Positions 1 to 10,153 of a DNA stretch of 64,000 nucleotides are shown here, piece after piece (the stretch's first letter is position 1; each line of letters starts with the position of its first letter). The DNA lies in assembly GCA_963700285.1 (NCBI GenBank), contig CAVOXA010000015.1, positions 192,001-256,000 on the forward strand, given 5' to 3'. This DNA is from an uncultured Chloroflexia bacterium. Lineage in GTDB: Bacteria; Chloroflexota; Anaerolineae; JAAYZQ01. The notes under the pieces were generated by a model, which had not been told where the DNA came from, made no database searches, and worked only from the letters and a program-made list of their open reading frames with translations. Position numbers and translations under genes: made by a program.

Positions 1-2663
1 TTGATCAGCTCTCACGGAAACACGAGCGTCCCATCAGCCGCCTGGACGAGATCCCCGACGAGGAGCTGGATGCTCTGGCTCGATGGGGCTTCACCGGGTT
101 GTGGTTGATCGGGCTCTGGGAGCGCAGCCCGGCGTCACGCAAAGTGAAGCAGCTCTGTGGAAACCCGGAGGCCGTCGCTTCTGCTTACTCTGTGTACGAC
201 TACCAGATCGCTGCTGACCTGGGGGGCGAAGCGGCCTATAATAATCTGCGAGAGCGTGCCTGGCAGCGGGGCATCCGCATGGCCAGTGACATGGTACCCA
301 ACCACGTTGGGATCTATTCTCGCTGGCTGGTAGAGCATCCGGACTGGTTTATCTCGCTGGATCATAGCCCCTTCCCCTCTTATAGCTTCAATGGGCCGGA
401 CCTGTCCGACGACGAACGAGTCGGCATCTATCTCGAAGATCACTATTACGACCGGAGTGACGCGGCGGTGGCCTTTAAGCGGGTCGATCGCTTGACAGGG
501 AGTGAGAAATACATCTACCACGGCAATGATGGTACCAGCATGCCCTGGAACGATACTGCCCAGTTGAACTACCTTGACCTCGAGGTACGTGAGGCGGTCA
601 TCCAGACCATCTTGCACGTCGCGCGTCTCTCGCCTGTGATCCGCTTTGACGCTGCGATGACCCTGACCAAGCGTCATTTTCAACGCCTTTGGTTCCCTGA
701 GCCAGGTACAGGAGGCGCTATTCCCACACGCGCCGAACATAGCATGACCAAAGCTGCTTTCAATGCCGCCATGCCTGTCGAGTTCTGGCGCGAGGTTGTG
801 GACCGCGTTGCCGCCGAGGCTCCCGACACCCTGCTTCTGGCCGAGGCGTTTTGGCTAATGGAGGGCTTTTTTGTCCGAACCTTGGGCATGCACCGGGTTT
901 ATAACAGCGCTTTCATGAACATGTTGCGCGACGAGGACAATGCGAAATATCGCTCGGTGATGAAGAACACGCTTGAATTTGACCCCGAGATCCTCAAGCG
1001 TTTTGTAAGCTTTATGAACAACCCCGACGAAGAAACCACCGTGGCCCAGTTTGGCAAGGGGGACAAGTATTTTGGCATCTGTACCTTGCTGGCCACCTTG
1101 CCAGGCCTGCCCATGTTCGGCCACGGCCAGATCGAGGGCCTTGCTGAAAAGTACGGGATGGAGTATCAGCGGGCCTACTGGGACGAGCAGCCCGACGAGT
1201 ACTTGATAGCACGACACGAGCGGGAGATCTTTCCGCTTTTGCACCGTCGCTATCTTTTTGCCGAGGTTGAGGATTTTGCGCTCTATGATTTCGCGTCTGC
1301 GGAAGGCTGGGTCAACGAGGATGTGTTCGCCTATTCCAACCGCTCTGGTGATCAGCGAGCCCTGGTTGTCTACCATAACCGATTCGCCACGGCCCAGGGG
1401 TGGGTCCAAACCTCGGCGCCTTATTCCATCCGGGCCAGTGATAGCGACGATCGGGTCCTTGTCCAGAAAACGTTGGGGGAAGGGCTTGGCCTGCGTCCAA
1501 ACGAGGGGTTGTACTACGCTTTTCGAGACTCCACCACCGGCCTCGAATACATCCGCAATGGCCAGGAGTTGTGCGAGAGGGGTATGTTTGTGGCGCTTGA
1601 TGCCTACAAGTGTCACGTATTCCTCGACTGGCGAGAAGTTCAGGACGATGAGTCGCGCCAGCTTGCCCACCTCGCCGCATACTTGGACGGGCGTGGGGTA
1701 CCCAGTATCGAGGAGGCACTCCAAGAGGTCTTTGTGCAGCCAGTCCTCACCCCCTTCAGGAAGTTGGTCAACGCTGAGACCTTTCGCCAGCTTATGGTTG
1801 CCCGAGTGACCAAGCCTGGTGGGCAGATCGACCCTGAACTTCTGGCGGAGATCGAGCGCCGGATACTGGACTTGCTTGGTGCGATCAGGGCATTCAATGC
1901 CGTTGATGGCGAACAAACCACAAGTGCCTCTGATACCGCAGATACCGCTGTTGTCGCCCTCGAAACAGACATCGCGAGGGGGATTCGTTCCAAGCTAGAG
2001 GCCATTCTTCAACTGCCGGTTCTGGCTGCCCGCTACTCTCTGCCCGGGTCCCGAAAATACAAAGCTGCTGTCGAGGCGCTGGGTGCGCAATTGGATGACG
2101 ATCTGGCAGTTTGGGGTACGTTGTTCTCCTGGCTTTTTGCTCATGCTTTGGGGGAGGTCGTTGATGGCGCCGCGCCCGAGGCTCTGAGCCGGAGCTGGAT
2201 AGATGAGTGGCTGCTTGGCAAGCTTGTGGCTGTGACCCTTCGGGACTTTTCGGACCGGGGCCTCTCAGACAGCGGCGTGGCCTTGGACGAGGGAGCGGTC
2301 CAGCGAGTGGTTGGGATGGTCAAGATCCTCATCAGCCATTGCCTCTGGTTTGAAGCTGAGGGCCCCCAGAACCGGCGGGCCTACCAGAGCTTGGTATCCT
2401 GGCTGAGGGACACGGAGGTCCAGCGGTTCCTCCAGGTAAACCGCTATGGAGGCGCATTGTGGTTCAACAAGGAGGCTTTTGAGCAATTCCTGGGGTGGAT
2501 GCTGACAGTGGCCGTGGTCGAGATCAGCGCCCAGCCCAATGGCACGAACGCAAAAGTCGCGCAGGGGATCGTTGATTGCTACGACCTGTTGAGCGAACTC
2601 CGACAGGCTGCGGATGCGTCCGAGTATCAGATATCCGGTCTCCTGGAGGCCGCCCAGGGCTGA
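1..2663 (+). CDS. GH13 alpha-amylase family glycoside hydrolase, 5'-truncated by the window edge
   Basis: Frame is open from the window start (DQLSRKH...ARWGFTGLWLIG). GH13 motifs DMVPNH, IRFDAAM, LAEAFW and FMNNPDE are present. Confidence 0.85.
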   Translation, partial: DQLSRKHERPISRLDEIPDEELDALARWGFTGLWLIGLWERSPASRKVKQLCGNPEAVASAYSVYDYQIAADLGGEAAYNNLRERAWQRGIRMASDMVPNHVGIYSRWLVEHPDWFISLDHSPFPSYSFNGPDLSDDERVGIYLEDHYYDRSDAAVAFKRVDRLTGSEKYIYHGNDGTSMPWNDTAQLNYLDLEVREAVIQTILHVARLSPVIRFDAAMTLTKRHFQRLWFPEPGTGGAIPTRAEHSMTKAAFNAAMPVEFWREVVDRVAAEAPDTLLLAEAFWLMEGFFVRTLGMHRVYNSAFMNMLRDEDNAKYRSVMKNTLEFDPEILKRFVSFMNNPDEETTVAQFGKGDKYFGICTLLATLPGLPMFGHGQIEGLAEKYGMEYQRAYWDEQPDEYLIARHEREIFPLLHRRYLFAEVEDFALYDFASAEGWVNEDVFAYSNRSGDQRALVVYHNRFATAQGWVQTSAPYSIRASDSDDRVLVQKTLGEGLGLRPNEGLYYAFRDSTTGLEYIRNGQELCERGMFVALDAYKCHVFLDWREVQDDESRQLAHLAAYLDGRGVPSIEEALQEVFVQPVLTPFRKLVNAETFRQLMVARVTKPGGQIDPELLAEIERRILDLLGAIRAFNAVDGEQTTSASDTADTAVVALETDIARGIRSKLEAILQLPVLAARYSLPGSRKYKAAVEALGAQLDDDLAVWGTLFSWLFAHALGEVVDGAAPEALSRSWIDEWLLGKLVAVTLRDFSDRGLSDSGVALDEGAVQRVVGMVKILISHCLWFEAEGPQNRRAYQSLVSWLRDTEVQRFLQVNRYGGALWFNKEAFEQFLGWMLTVAVVEISAQPNGTNAKVAQGIVDCYDLLSELRQAADASEYQISGLLEAAQG

Positions 2664-2749
2664 TCAGTCTTGGAGCCGCGCGACGCAGTCAGTCTTTGTC
2701 ATGAGCTTGGCGATCTTGCCAGGCATAACAATCAGGAGGAGTCAATAGA

Positions 2750-3223
2750 ATGCAAAATATCGTTCCGGGCCACAGACCAGATAACGATGCGGGCTATTTG
2801 GAGATGATGACAGCTGTGATATTCATGGGGGGCCTAAACCGGCAGGTGGTCATGTCAAAATGGGATGGCTTTCTAGCCGCCTTTGAGGGTTTTGACGTGG
2901 GCAAAGTGGCCGATTTCACCGATGTCGATGTCGAACGCCTGAGTTCTGACACGCGTATCGTGCGCTACAAGGCCAAGATCCGCGCTGTAGTGGCCAATGC
3001 TGGAGAGATGCGCGCGATTGCGGGGGAGCACGGTTCCTTTGGTGCCTGGCTACAGGGTATCATCTCTGATGGAGGTGTTGACCGCACGTCCGTAGAACTG
3101 GCCAAGCGCTTCAAGTATATGAGTGAGGCATCCTCAGAACGCTACCTGTATGCTGTCGGCGAGGACATAGGAGAGGTAGACGAAAAAGTGCGCCGGAAAT
3201 ACGGTACGTCTGACACAGCCTAG
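2750..3223 (+). CDS. DNA-3-methyladenine glycosylase I (Tag)-like protein, short form
   Basis: YLEMM..IFMGGL...KWDGF..AFEGFD..KVA.F...DVERL..D..IVR..KI.A...NA resembles the Tag core. AGGAGGAG RBS upstream. Confidence 0.7.
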   Translation: MQNIVPGHRPDNDAGYLEMMTAVIFMGGLNRQVVMSKWDGFLAAFEGFDVGKVADFTDVDVERLSSDTRIVRYKAKIRAVVANAGEMRAIAGEHGSFGAWLQGIISDGGVDRTSVELAKRFKYMSEASSERYLYAVGEDIGEVDEKVRRKYGTSDTA

Positions 3224-3259
3224 AGCCTGGCTGAACACTGGCTCGAAACCTGTTTTCCC

Positions 3260-4741
3260 CTATGGCGTCGCCCCTCCACTGGGAATTAGGTCCAGCATCC
3301 GCCCCTGAGCATCAAACCACCCGCAGGGGCAGTCGTCAGGTTCCTGCTTGCTTTGCCCTCCGGCTATCAGGGGCAGAAAACTGCGGTGTCTGGCCTGGAG
3401 CGCATCTGAAATGACGGGTACTTTGTCGGAAGGATCTTGCGACTCGTGAGCGCCAGAGGTCGCAGAAGGAGACCAGGCAGGGCCCGCCATTCGCAGGGGT
3501 ATCCACTGCCCGCCAGAAGCTGGCCCAATGACTTTTAGGTAGATGATCTCCAAACTCATCTGCGCGTCGTATATCTGCTGCAAAATGCTCGGCGGGCAAT
3601 TGCCCTGCACAAAGCAGTCGTTGTAGGCGATGCCCGTGGGCAAGATATACTCTGGCGTTGCCAGGTCCAACGGATCTGCTGTCAAGGGTAGGTACTGGGC
3701 CCCAGGGGCCCGATCGGCATCCCTCCAAGCTGTCCCTAGCGGAAACGCTGCAGAGAATGTCAGGTCAGCGGCTAGATCCAACCCACATGATAGGCGGTAG
3801 GTTCCCGCAGAGGGGCGGTTGGCATTCACATAGGGTGGCGCGCCATGGCTGTCGGTATAGGGGTCGCCCGGCATGGCCGGAAATCTGACGAGGAAGTAGT
3901 TGGCTTCAGCAGGCACGGCAAGTGAAACTCTGCCGTCGCGCCACCCGTACGCCCCCGACATCTGGCTCATCAAAGGCCGAAAGACGCCGATGTTCCCGGG
4001 GCCGATATAGGACTGGAAGGTTCCTTGCTGGCTACCCAATACCTGAACCTGAGCAGACGGGTCGAGCGTAAGGGTGAACACCCCTGTGAGTGGATAGAGA
4101 TCTGTTCTATCTATCCAAATGCGGCAGCCATTGTTGGCCGGGATCCGCAGCCCCTCTGCGCTTAGCGGCAGAGCCTGTCCCCCGTAGCCGTAAATGTCTA
4201 TGGGATAGCGCTTGGGCTCTTTGCTGCTCGTGGAGGGCTGGCGAGTACCCACGTTGGTGACAAACAGGTTCCTGACCTCTGAAGTGACCTCTATACCGCC
4301 CTCGGCATAGACTCTCAGTGTGGAGGCTGGCACGGTGCTGCTCATGTGGTCATAGTGCGGCATCTGGCCCAGGCAGCCAAAGGAGGTGAACCGGTTGTTG
4401 GGATTGGTGGGTTGCCTTACCAGACGCGGGTAGAGCTTGACCCTCACAGTGACTTGATTCCCAACCCGAGTACCAGATTCGTAGACTACGATGCCTGTCC
4501 CATCATCGGAGGAGATGATTGTCCCTTGTAGGTAGGCGTCAGGCACCTGTCCGACCAACTCTACGACGCTTATCGCCCGGGGCTCCAGCCAATTGGGCGT
4601 CGCTACGGTGCTGTCCTGAGCCCGTGATACAGTTGTTGTGAAACCCAAGAGTATCGTAGCTGCTGATAGGAGCAACAGTCCCTTGACGAGCCCTTTGACA
4701 TACCCACCCCTGGTGCTCTTTGTGTACATTTGTCCGCCCAT
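3260..4741 (-). CDS. Secreted hypothetical protein with a C-terminal FLPLI motif
   Basis: N-terminal signal peptide (LLLLSAATILLGF...SRA-QD), several Cys, upstream sigma70-like promoter. No family recognised. Confidence 0.7.
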   Translation of the reverse strand: MGGQMYTKSTRGGYVKGLVKGLLLLSAATILLGFTTTVSRAQDSTVATPNWLEPRAISVVELVGQVPDAYLQGTIISSDDGTGIVVYESGTRVGNQVTVRVKLYPRLVRQPTNPNNRFTSFGCLGQMPHYDHMSSTVPASTLRVYAEGGIEVTSEVRNLFVTNVGTRQPSTSSKEPKRYPIDIYGYGGQALPLSAEGLRIPANNGCRIWIDRTDLYPLTGVFTLTLDPSAQVQVLGSQQGTFQSYIGPGNIGVFRPLMSQMSGAYGWRDGRVSLAVPAEANYFLVRFPAMPGDPYTDSHGAPPYVNANRPSAGTYRLSCGLDLAADLTFSAAFPLGTAWRDADRAPGAQYLPLTADPLDLATPEYILPTGIAYNDCFVQGNCPPSILQQIYDAQMSLEIIYLKVIGPASGGQWIPLRMAGPAWSPSATSGAHESQDPSDKVPVISDALQARHRSFLPLIAGGQSKQEPDDCPCGWFDAQGRMLDLIPSGGATP

Positions 4742-4885
4742 TCTTGTGCGCAGTCCTCCCGCTCGAACAAACCCCTGGTTTTGTCAGGCACTTTTGCTGT
4801 CTGGTACCCTCGCGCCAGCAGTTGGACTAGGTTGATGATTGCGGTTTTATCTGAAGTGTGGTATGTGTTGCGAGGCTGTGCACGT

Positions 4886-4915
4886 ATTTTACACCATCTC
4901 CTGAGACAGTGTCAA
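4886..4915 (-). promoter_or_regulatory. sigma70-type promoter for the 3260-4741 gene
   Basis: TTGACA-N18-TAAAAT on the minus strand. Confidence 0.55.
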
Positions 4916-4946
4916 GAATTGATCCGGAAGAAAACGGGTACCAAGA

Positions 4947-6071
4947 TTATGCCTGGGAAATCATCTGCTGGATACGCTCCCTCAATGTACCGGCGAACCG
5001 GTCTGGCGCCAGTTCTTCCAGGCGACGGCGCTGCCCTTCTAGCAGCCTGTTGCGAACTGCTTTGTCTCGCAAGAGTACCTCGATCAGTTCAGCAATCAGG
5101 TCGTATCGTTTGCTGCTGACCAATACCCCGGCCCCACCCAGGGCGTAGGGCACGCCGGTCGAGCGATAGGCGATCACGGGCAGTTCGAAGGCCATCGCTT
5201 CGACCAGCGGAATGCAGAATCCCTCGTGCTCGCTCAGGCACAGGAATAGATCTGAGACCTGATAGTAGCCGCCTAGGCCCTCTCGCGAACCGATGCCGCC
5301 CGGCAGGTGTACGTGCTCTTCCAGGCCCAATGCTGCTGCGATAGATTCCAGTTCCAAACGGTAGCCTGGGGCATTCGCCTCCGAGCCAACCAGAATGAGG
5401 CGCGAGTGAGGGTTGATCAGGCAATGATAGGCACCAAAGGCCCGGATCAGATCGTCCTGTCGCTTGTTGGGTACCAGCCGCCCCACGAACAGCAGATTGA
5501 CAGCACCGTCGTTGTACCGGGCTACGACCGCTTGTCCAGCCGGGCTCTCTGCTGAAGCCCGCAGGGCATCAAAGGTAATAGAGTAGGGCAGAATCTCCAC
5601 GTGGCGGAATCCCAATTCCAGCATCTCCTGACGGTTGTATTCTGAAGCGGCCAGCGCAAAAGGCGCATCCTTGAACAGCGCCAGTTCCTGCCGCCCCTGT
5701 TCCAATTGGTCAGCCATGGGATCGTTGTAGCCGCGCAGAAAACAAGCTGGGGTTACATTGTGATAGTAGGGTACGATTCGGTCTGGCAGTTGAGACACAA
5801 AATCGGTAAGCGGCGAGCCAACAGAGTAATGAAAGATAGCCCAGTTGTCTGTGTCACCGGGATAGCGCCGATAGTCCTTGCCTGCGTCTCTCAAACGACG
5901 ATCTCGGAACTGGGAATAGACCTGGGAATCATACCCCCAGCCGCGCAATAGCTCGCGGATGCGAGTTGCTTGGTTGCCCAGTGCATCACCATACATGAAT
6001 CCGGTCATGAACTGGTGGATGGTTTTCGGGTTCATCACCTGGCAGACTCTGACCGACTCATTCCTGACCAT
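4947..6071 (-). CDS. GT4 glycosyltransferase
   Basis: FVGRLVPNKRQ and EHEGFCIPLVEAM (EX7E) motifs. Confidence 0.9.
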   Translation of the reverse strand: MVRNESVRVCQVMNPKTIHQFMTGFMYGDALGNQATRIRELLRGWGYDSQVYSQFRDRRLRDAGKDYRRYPGDTDNWAIFHYSVGSPLTDFVSQLPDRIVPYYHNVTPACFLRGYNDPMADQLEQGRQELALFKDAPFALAASEYNRQEMLELGFRHVEILPYSITFDALRASAESPAGQAVVARYNDGAVNLLFVGRLVPNKRQDDLIRAFGAYHCLINPHSRLILVGSEANAPGYRLELESIAAALGLEEHVHLPGGIGSREGLGGYYQVSDLFLCLSEHEGFCIPLVEAMAFELPVIAYRSTGVPYALGGAGVLVSSKRYDLIAELIEVLLRDKAVRNRLLEGQRRRLEELAPDRFAGTLRERIQQMISQA

Positions 6072-6525
6072 CCTCCAGCTCGGTCAGGCGGGCGCGCAGG
6101 TCGCGTACCTCTGCCTCCAGGTCTTGGACCATCACAGCCAATGCCTGTGCTGTTTGCTCATTGAAGCGTACCTGCCGCGCTTCGAAGCGATTCAGGTAAA
6201 AGAGTACCAGTTCGTGGACGGCTGCCCTGAGGCGGTGCACCATCCCACCCACCAGCGCCAGCCGTGTTTCGGTCAGATCCAGTTCCGTACCCACCTTGTC
6301 GGCGTCAAAGCCTACCTGTACGACGGCCTCGTATAGATCCCGGCTGAACACTGCATCTGCCGGTAGAGGGTGGAGGCCTTTGGCATAGGCTTCATAGTCA
6401 AGGCCCTGCGCTTGCGCCTCTTCCTGCCGTACCTGGCTGCGGACCCGGATCTCCTGCTCAATTGCTTTGGAATCAATGTCCTCCCCTTCGATCTGAAAGC
6501 CAGTCGCCGCATCAGCTTCTGTCAT
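6058..6525 (-). CDS. Small coiled-coil accessory protein of the glycan operon
   Basis: ATG at 6525 with GAGAGGAG RBS. Carries the shared VGG..HRLR......FYLNRFEARQVRFN module followed by a coiled coil. Confidence 0.75.
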   Translation of the reverse strand: MTEADAATGFQIEGEDIDSKAIEQEIRVRSQVRQEEAQAQGLDYEAYAKGLHPLPADAVFSRDLYEAVVQVGFDADKVGTELDLTETRLALVGGMVHRLRAAVHELVLFYLNRFEARQVRFNEQTAQALAVMVQDLEAEVRDLRARLTELEDGQE

Positions 6526-7624
6526 GGATCTGCTCCTCTCCTGGGAGTGGGACATCCAGGTGGGCCAAGATTTCCCGCAGCTCGGCCTCAACGTGAATGG
6601 GGGCAAAGTCCTGAAGCCGCTCCTGCTGCCGGGCTATGATCTGCGCCCGCAGTGCGTCATCAGACGTAAGCAGGTGGGCCATCTCGGCCACCTCTTCGCA
6701 GCCCAGATGGGTGTAGAGGACGCCCGAATTGCCCAAAGTCAGGGGAACCGCGGCTGCCTTACGGGCCAGAATCGGTACGCCAAAGTGCATGCTCTCCAGG
6801 AGCGGTACACAGAAACCCTCGTGATAGCTGGCCTGCAAGTAGAGGTCCGCGGCCTGATAGTAGGCCTGAAGTTTCGGGGGCAAGACCAATCCAGTGAAGG
6901 TCACGCCGTCCTGCAAGCCGAGAGTCTCCACCAATGCGTCGAGTTGCGCATCATAGGCCGGCAGATACCGCGGACCAACCAGGTACAGGTGAGATTCGGG
7001 ATTGATCCCCCGATGATAGGTGTAAAAGATGCGGATGATGTCCTCAATTGCCTTGTTCGGTACGATGCGTCCCACAGACAAAAAGTTGATGCCTCCGCGG
7101 CTACGCAATTGATCAGACAGGGGTTGGTTTGCCGGCGGATCCTCGAACAGCTCTTCCCGCATGAAGAGGGGCATCACCGCAGTACTCTCCGGAACAAAGC
7201 CCGATTGCACCAATTCCTGCCGGTTGTAACCCGAGTCGCCTATGGCCAGTTCACACTCGGTCAGGCTGGGAAGGATGCGGCGACCCACGTCGCATAAAAG
7301 TTCCTGCTCTTGATCCCAACCTCGAAAATAGAGCGCCGGTGTGATGTTGTGGTAGGAGAAAACGCGCCGGCCCCGGGTAGCCTGGAAGTAGCGTACGTTG
7401 GGGCTGTACAGTGCATAGTGGTAGATCAGCACGTGGTCGGGCTCGTGCAGGTAAGCTGCGTATTCATGATCCCGGCGAGCGTGGGCGCCCATCTGGGGGG
7501 CGACATGCTGGGCGTACATCGCGGTCTCAAGGCCCCAGGCCCGCAGCCGCTTATCAATCTCAATCACGTGGTTGCTGATGGCGTCGCCAGGGATGAGGCC
7601 ATAGCAGATCTGGTGTATCTTTAT
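6512..7624 (-). CDS. GT4 glycosyltransferase with a probable ATA start at 7624
   Basis: SVGRIVPNK and HEGFCVPLLES motifs. Frame extends to IKIHQICYGLIPGDAISNH, which aligns with the paralog N-terminus; GGAGG lies 6 nt before the ATA. Confidence 0.85.
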   Translation of the reverse strand: MKIHQICYGLIPGDAISNHVIEIDKRLRAWGLETAMYAQHVAPQMGAHARRDHEYAAYLHEPDHVLIYHYALYSPNVRYFQATRGRRVFSYHNITPALYFRGWDQEQELLCDVGRRILPSLTECELAIGDSGYNRQELVQSGFVPESTAVMPLFMREELFEDPPANQPLSDQLRSRGGINFLSVGRIVPNKAIEDIIRIFYTYHRGINPESHLYLVGPRYLPAYDAQLDALVETLGLQDGVTFTGLVLPPKLQAYYQAADLYLQASYHEGFCVPLLESMHFGVPILARKAAAVPLTLGNSGVLYTHLGCEEVAEMAHLLTSDDALRAQIIARQQERLQDFAPIHVEAELREILAHLDVPLPGEEQIHDRS

Positions 7625-8130
7625 GATCCACCTCCTGCGCCCTCACGGGCTAGGCGATCCTCTAGTTCGGCTACCCGCTTTTCCAACTGACGCAGGCGGT
7701 CGGCATCCAGTTCGTGCCACTGCACCAGATCGCCGATGATGCTGGCTACTCGTGTGTTTACGTCGCTTTGCTGCTGTAGGATGGGGCGCACATACCATTT
7801 GGTCGACATCCAGTTCCAAAAGCGCCGGACCCATACAATGATCGGGCCCACCAGGGGCGCATTGGAAGAGAATGCAGGCTCGCGCAAATGTCCTTCAGAG
7901 ATCAATGCTACCAGAGCGCCAAGCAGGCTTGGAAACCCAGGCAAATCCAGTTTCCTCGCGGTATCATAACGCTCGGGTCGCAATACCTCGGGGCCTAGGC
8001 TCGCCGGATCCGGGCCGTAGGCGTCTTGGATTCGGCGTTGGGCTACCTGCTGACGCACCTTCTGTACAATCGCCTCGCCATCGAGAGCCGGGTCACGGAT
8101 TTCAATGACGGGGCCTGGTTTGTCAGTCAT
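7621..8130 (-). CDS. Small coiled-coil accessory protein (paralog of 6058-6525)
   Basis: ATG at 8130. IEIRDPALDGEAIV N-terminus and FSSNAPLVGPIIVWVRRFWNWMSTKWYVRPILQQQSDVN module. Confidence 0.75.
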   Translation of the reverse strand: MTDKPGPVIEIRDPALDGEAIVQKVRQQVAQRRIQDAYGPDPASLGPEVLRPERYDTARKLDLPGFPSLLGALVALISEGHLREPAFSSNAPLVGPIIVWVRRFWNWMSTKWYVRPILQQQSDVNTRVASIIGDLVQWHELDADRLRQLEKRVAELEDRLAREGAGGGS

Positions 8131-8893
8131 CGTGGCCTTTCTCCTCGATCCGTGCCATCCGTGCCTCCAGATCGGCCAGCAGGGGCAATATCTCCTGCAA
8201 AGCCTTGACCAGGTCACGATTCAGGGCGACCTGACGCTCCAGCGTAGGGTCTAGGTAGGGCTCGCGGAGATGCGAGGTGAGATTGCGCCGTACCCAGGTG
8301 ATGAGCGGGCCCACCAGGGGGGCTTTGGAATGAACGCGGTAGTTGCGTAGCATCACATCGGACTGGCGCTCTGCCACGTTGAGCCGGGCGGTCAAAGCTG
8401 CGATCTGCGGTGTGTTGGACATGGTCGGCATCGCGGACTGTCTCTGTACGTCAGCCATGGTCATCTCCATCTTGGATTCGCCAGGTAGGAAACCCCGCCT
8501 ACTGCCTTCCGCAACCTCCGCCGGCGAAAGCAGGTCCCGCAGGGCTTTGTCCATCAAATCCAGCAATCCATCGTCGTTGGGTACCACATAGATTCTTTCC
8601 GGTTCGCAATCTTGCACCTCCGCCAAGGCAGCTTGGTCTGATGGGGTGCGTACCAGGCAGAGATCGGCGTAGGGCAACCAGTCAGCAGCTTCCAGATCTG
8701 GTCCATGACGGAGGTCTGCCACGACCAAGCCCCGGGTCAGGTGTTTGATGGCATTATGACCAGTACAAAAGACATACAGATCGGCGTCGAAAGGGATCTG
8801 ATCCGAGTGCGTAACGACATCGCCTCTTTGCCGGTATTGATCGATCAGGGATGTGGGATGCGCCGATGGAGGAGAGACAACGTGTATTCTCAC
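8123..8893 (-). CDS. Hypothetical protein: degenerate GT-like N-domain plus shared C-terminal module
   Basis: MRIHVVSP start typical of GT-B folds; C-terminal HSKAPLVGPLITWVRR...PYLDPTLERQVALN. Confidence 0.65.
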   Translation of the reverse strand: MRIHVVSPPSAHPTSLIDQYRQRGDVVTHSDQIPFDADLYVFCTGHNAIKHLTRGLVVADLRHGPDLEAADWLPYADLCLVRTPSDQAALAEVQDCEPERIYVVPNDDGLLDLMDKALRDLLSPAEVAEGSRRGFLPGESKMEMTMADVQRQSAMPTMSNTPQIAALTARLNVAERQSDVMLRNYRVHSKAPLVGPLITWVRRNLTSHLREPYLDPTLERQVALNRDLVKALQEILPLLADLEARMARIEEKGHDD

Positions 8894-10143
8894 AATCGCT
8901 CTTGCTCCTCCCGCTGCCGCCGGCGTAGAACGCGCAGGTAGATCCCTTCCACCCTGTCGGTGATGCGCTGCACGGTATAGCGACGCAGCACCTTTTCGCG
9001 GCCTCTGGTCCCCATCTTGCGCGCCAGGTCAGGATCGGCGATGAGTTGCGAGAGGCAGGCCGCCAGGTCGGCGGCGTCACCCGGCGCGGCCAACAATCCA
9101 TCCTGGCCATTAGCGATGACGGACGACACAGCCCGGGTCCGGGCCCCGATGACCGGTTTGCCCATGATCCACGCCTCCAGGAAGACGATGCCGAATGCCT
9201 CCCCAACTGAGGGCAATACCAGACAATCACAGGCACGCAGCGCGGCCAGCTTCTCTTTGTCCGAAATAGCGTCGCGGGTGTAAAGTCCAGCCAAGCCCTG
9301 GTACTGGGGCCAGAGATTCCGTGAGTAGTCGGTTTCCGGGCCGACGGCCAGAAACTGCACATCGTATTGCTGATCTCGGAGGCTGGCGAAGGCATCCAGC
9401 GCCACATCCAAGCCCTTGTAATCTGATTTTCTCCCGAGAAAGAGCATCACAAAGCCCTTGGCATCCAGACCCAATTCGCTGCGTGCCGCTGCTCTGTCAA
9501 GTTTGAGCCCGTTCTCGTAGGCTTCGGGACGTAAACCATTTCCACTCACACTGACACGCCCGGGATCCAAGCCCAGACCCATCAGCAGCTCTCGTTCGGC
9601 AGAGGTCACAGCGATGACATGATCTGATCCGAACAAGGCATCCCGCTGAAAACCGATGTTGTAGGTGTATTCCTGCTCAGCGTGGAGATGGGGTGTGATG
9701 ACGACAGGGACATCCAGCCACCTTGCTGCCCAGTAGCCATAGACCACGTGACTATAAACCAGGCAGCTCAGGTGAATGAGATCGTATTGTCGCCCCGTTT
9801 TCATCATGGCCCAAAACATACCCAGTGAGATGGGCCCACCGCCGACGAAAATAAAGGGCTCGTAGCGACGCGAACGGGTGCGCCAATAGTTGCGCTGACC
9901 GTAGTGCAGCATCTCCCATACCCAGTTCCTGCGCTGCATGGAGCGGTAGCGGTGAACTTGGACGCCGCTCAAACAGTCGGACGGCGGCAGCTGGTTCTTC
10001 CAGGTGTAAAAGTCAAGCGCTCGGCTGGTGAGGACGTCTACCTGGTGTCCGCGTTGGACAAGCTCTTCTGATAGATCAGCAATGTACTTTTCTGCCCCGC
10101 CAATGGCCGGCGGATAGCGCTGGGTGACGTGCAGCAAACGCAT
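8890..10143 (-). CDS. GT4 glycosyltransferase
   Basis: MRLLHVTQRYPPAIGGAE, FLGRK..YKG, EAFGIVFLEAW. Start placed at ATG 10143. Confidence 0.9.
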   Translation of the reverse strand: MRLLHVTQRYPPAIGGAEKYIADLSEELVQRGHQVDVLTSRALDFYTWKNQLPPSDCLSGVQVHRYRSMQRRNWVWEMLHYGQRNYWRTRSRRYEPFIFVGGGPISLGMFWAMMKTGRQYDLIHLSCLVYSHVVYGYWAARWLDVPVVITPHLHAEQEYTYNIGFQRDALFGSDHVIAVTSAERELLMGLGLDPGRVSVSGNGLRPEAYENGLKLDRAAARSELGLDAKGFVMLFLGRKSDYKGLDVALDAFASLRDQQYDVQFLAVGPETDYSRNLWPQYQGLAGLYTRDAISDKEKLAALRACDCLVLPSVGEAFGIVFLEAWIMGKPVIGARTRAVSSVIANGQDGLLAAPGDAADLAACLSQLIADPDLARKMGTRGREKVLRRYTVQRITDRVEGIYLRVLRRRQREEQERL

Positions 10144-10153
10144 GGCGCTCTGC

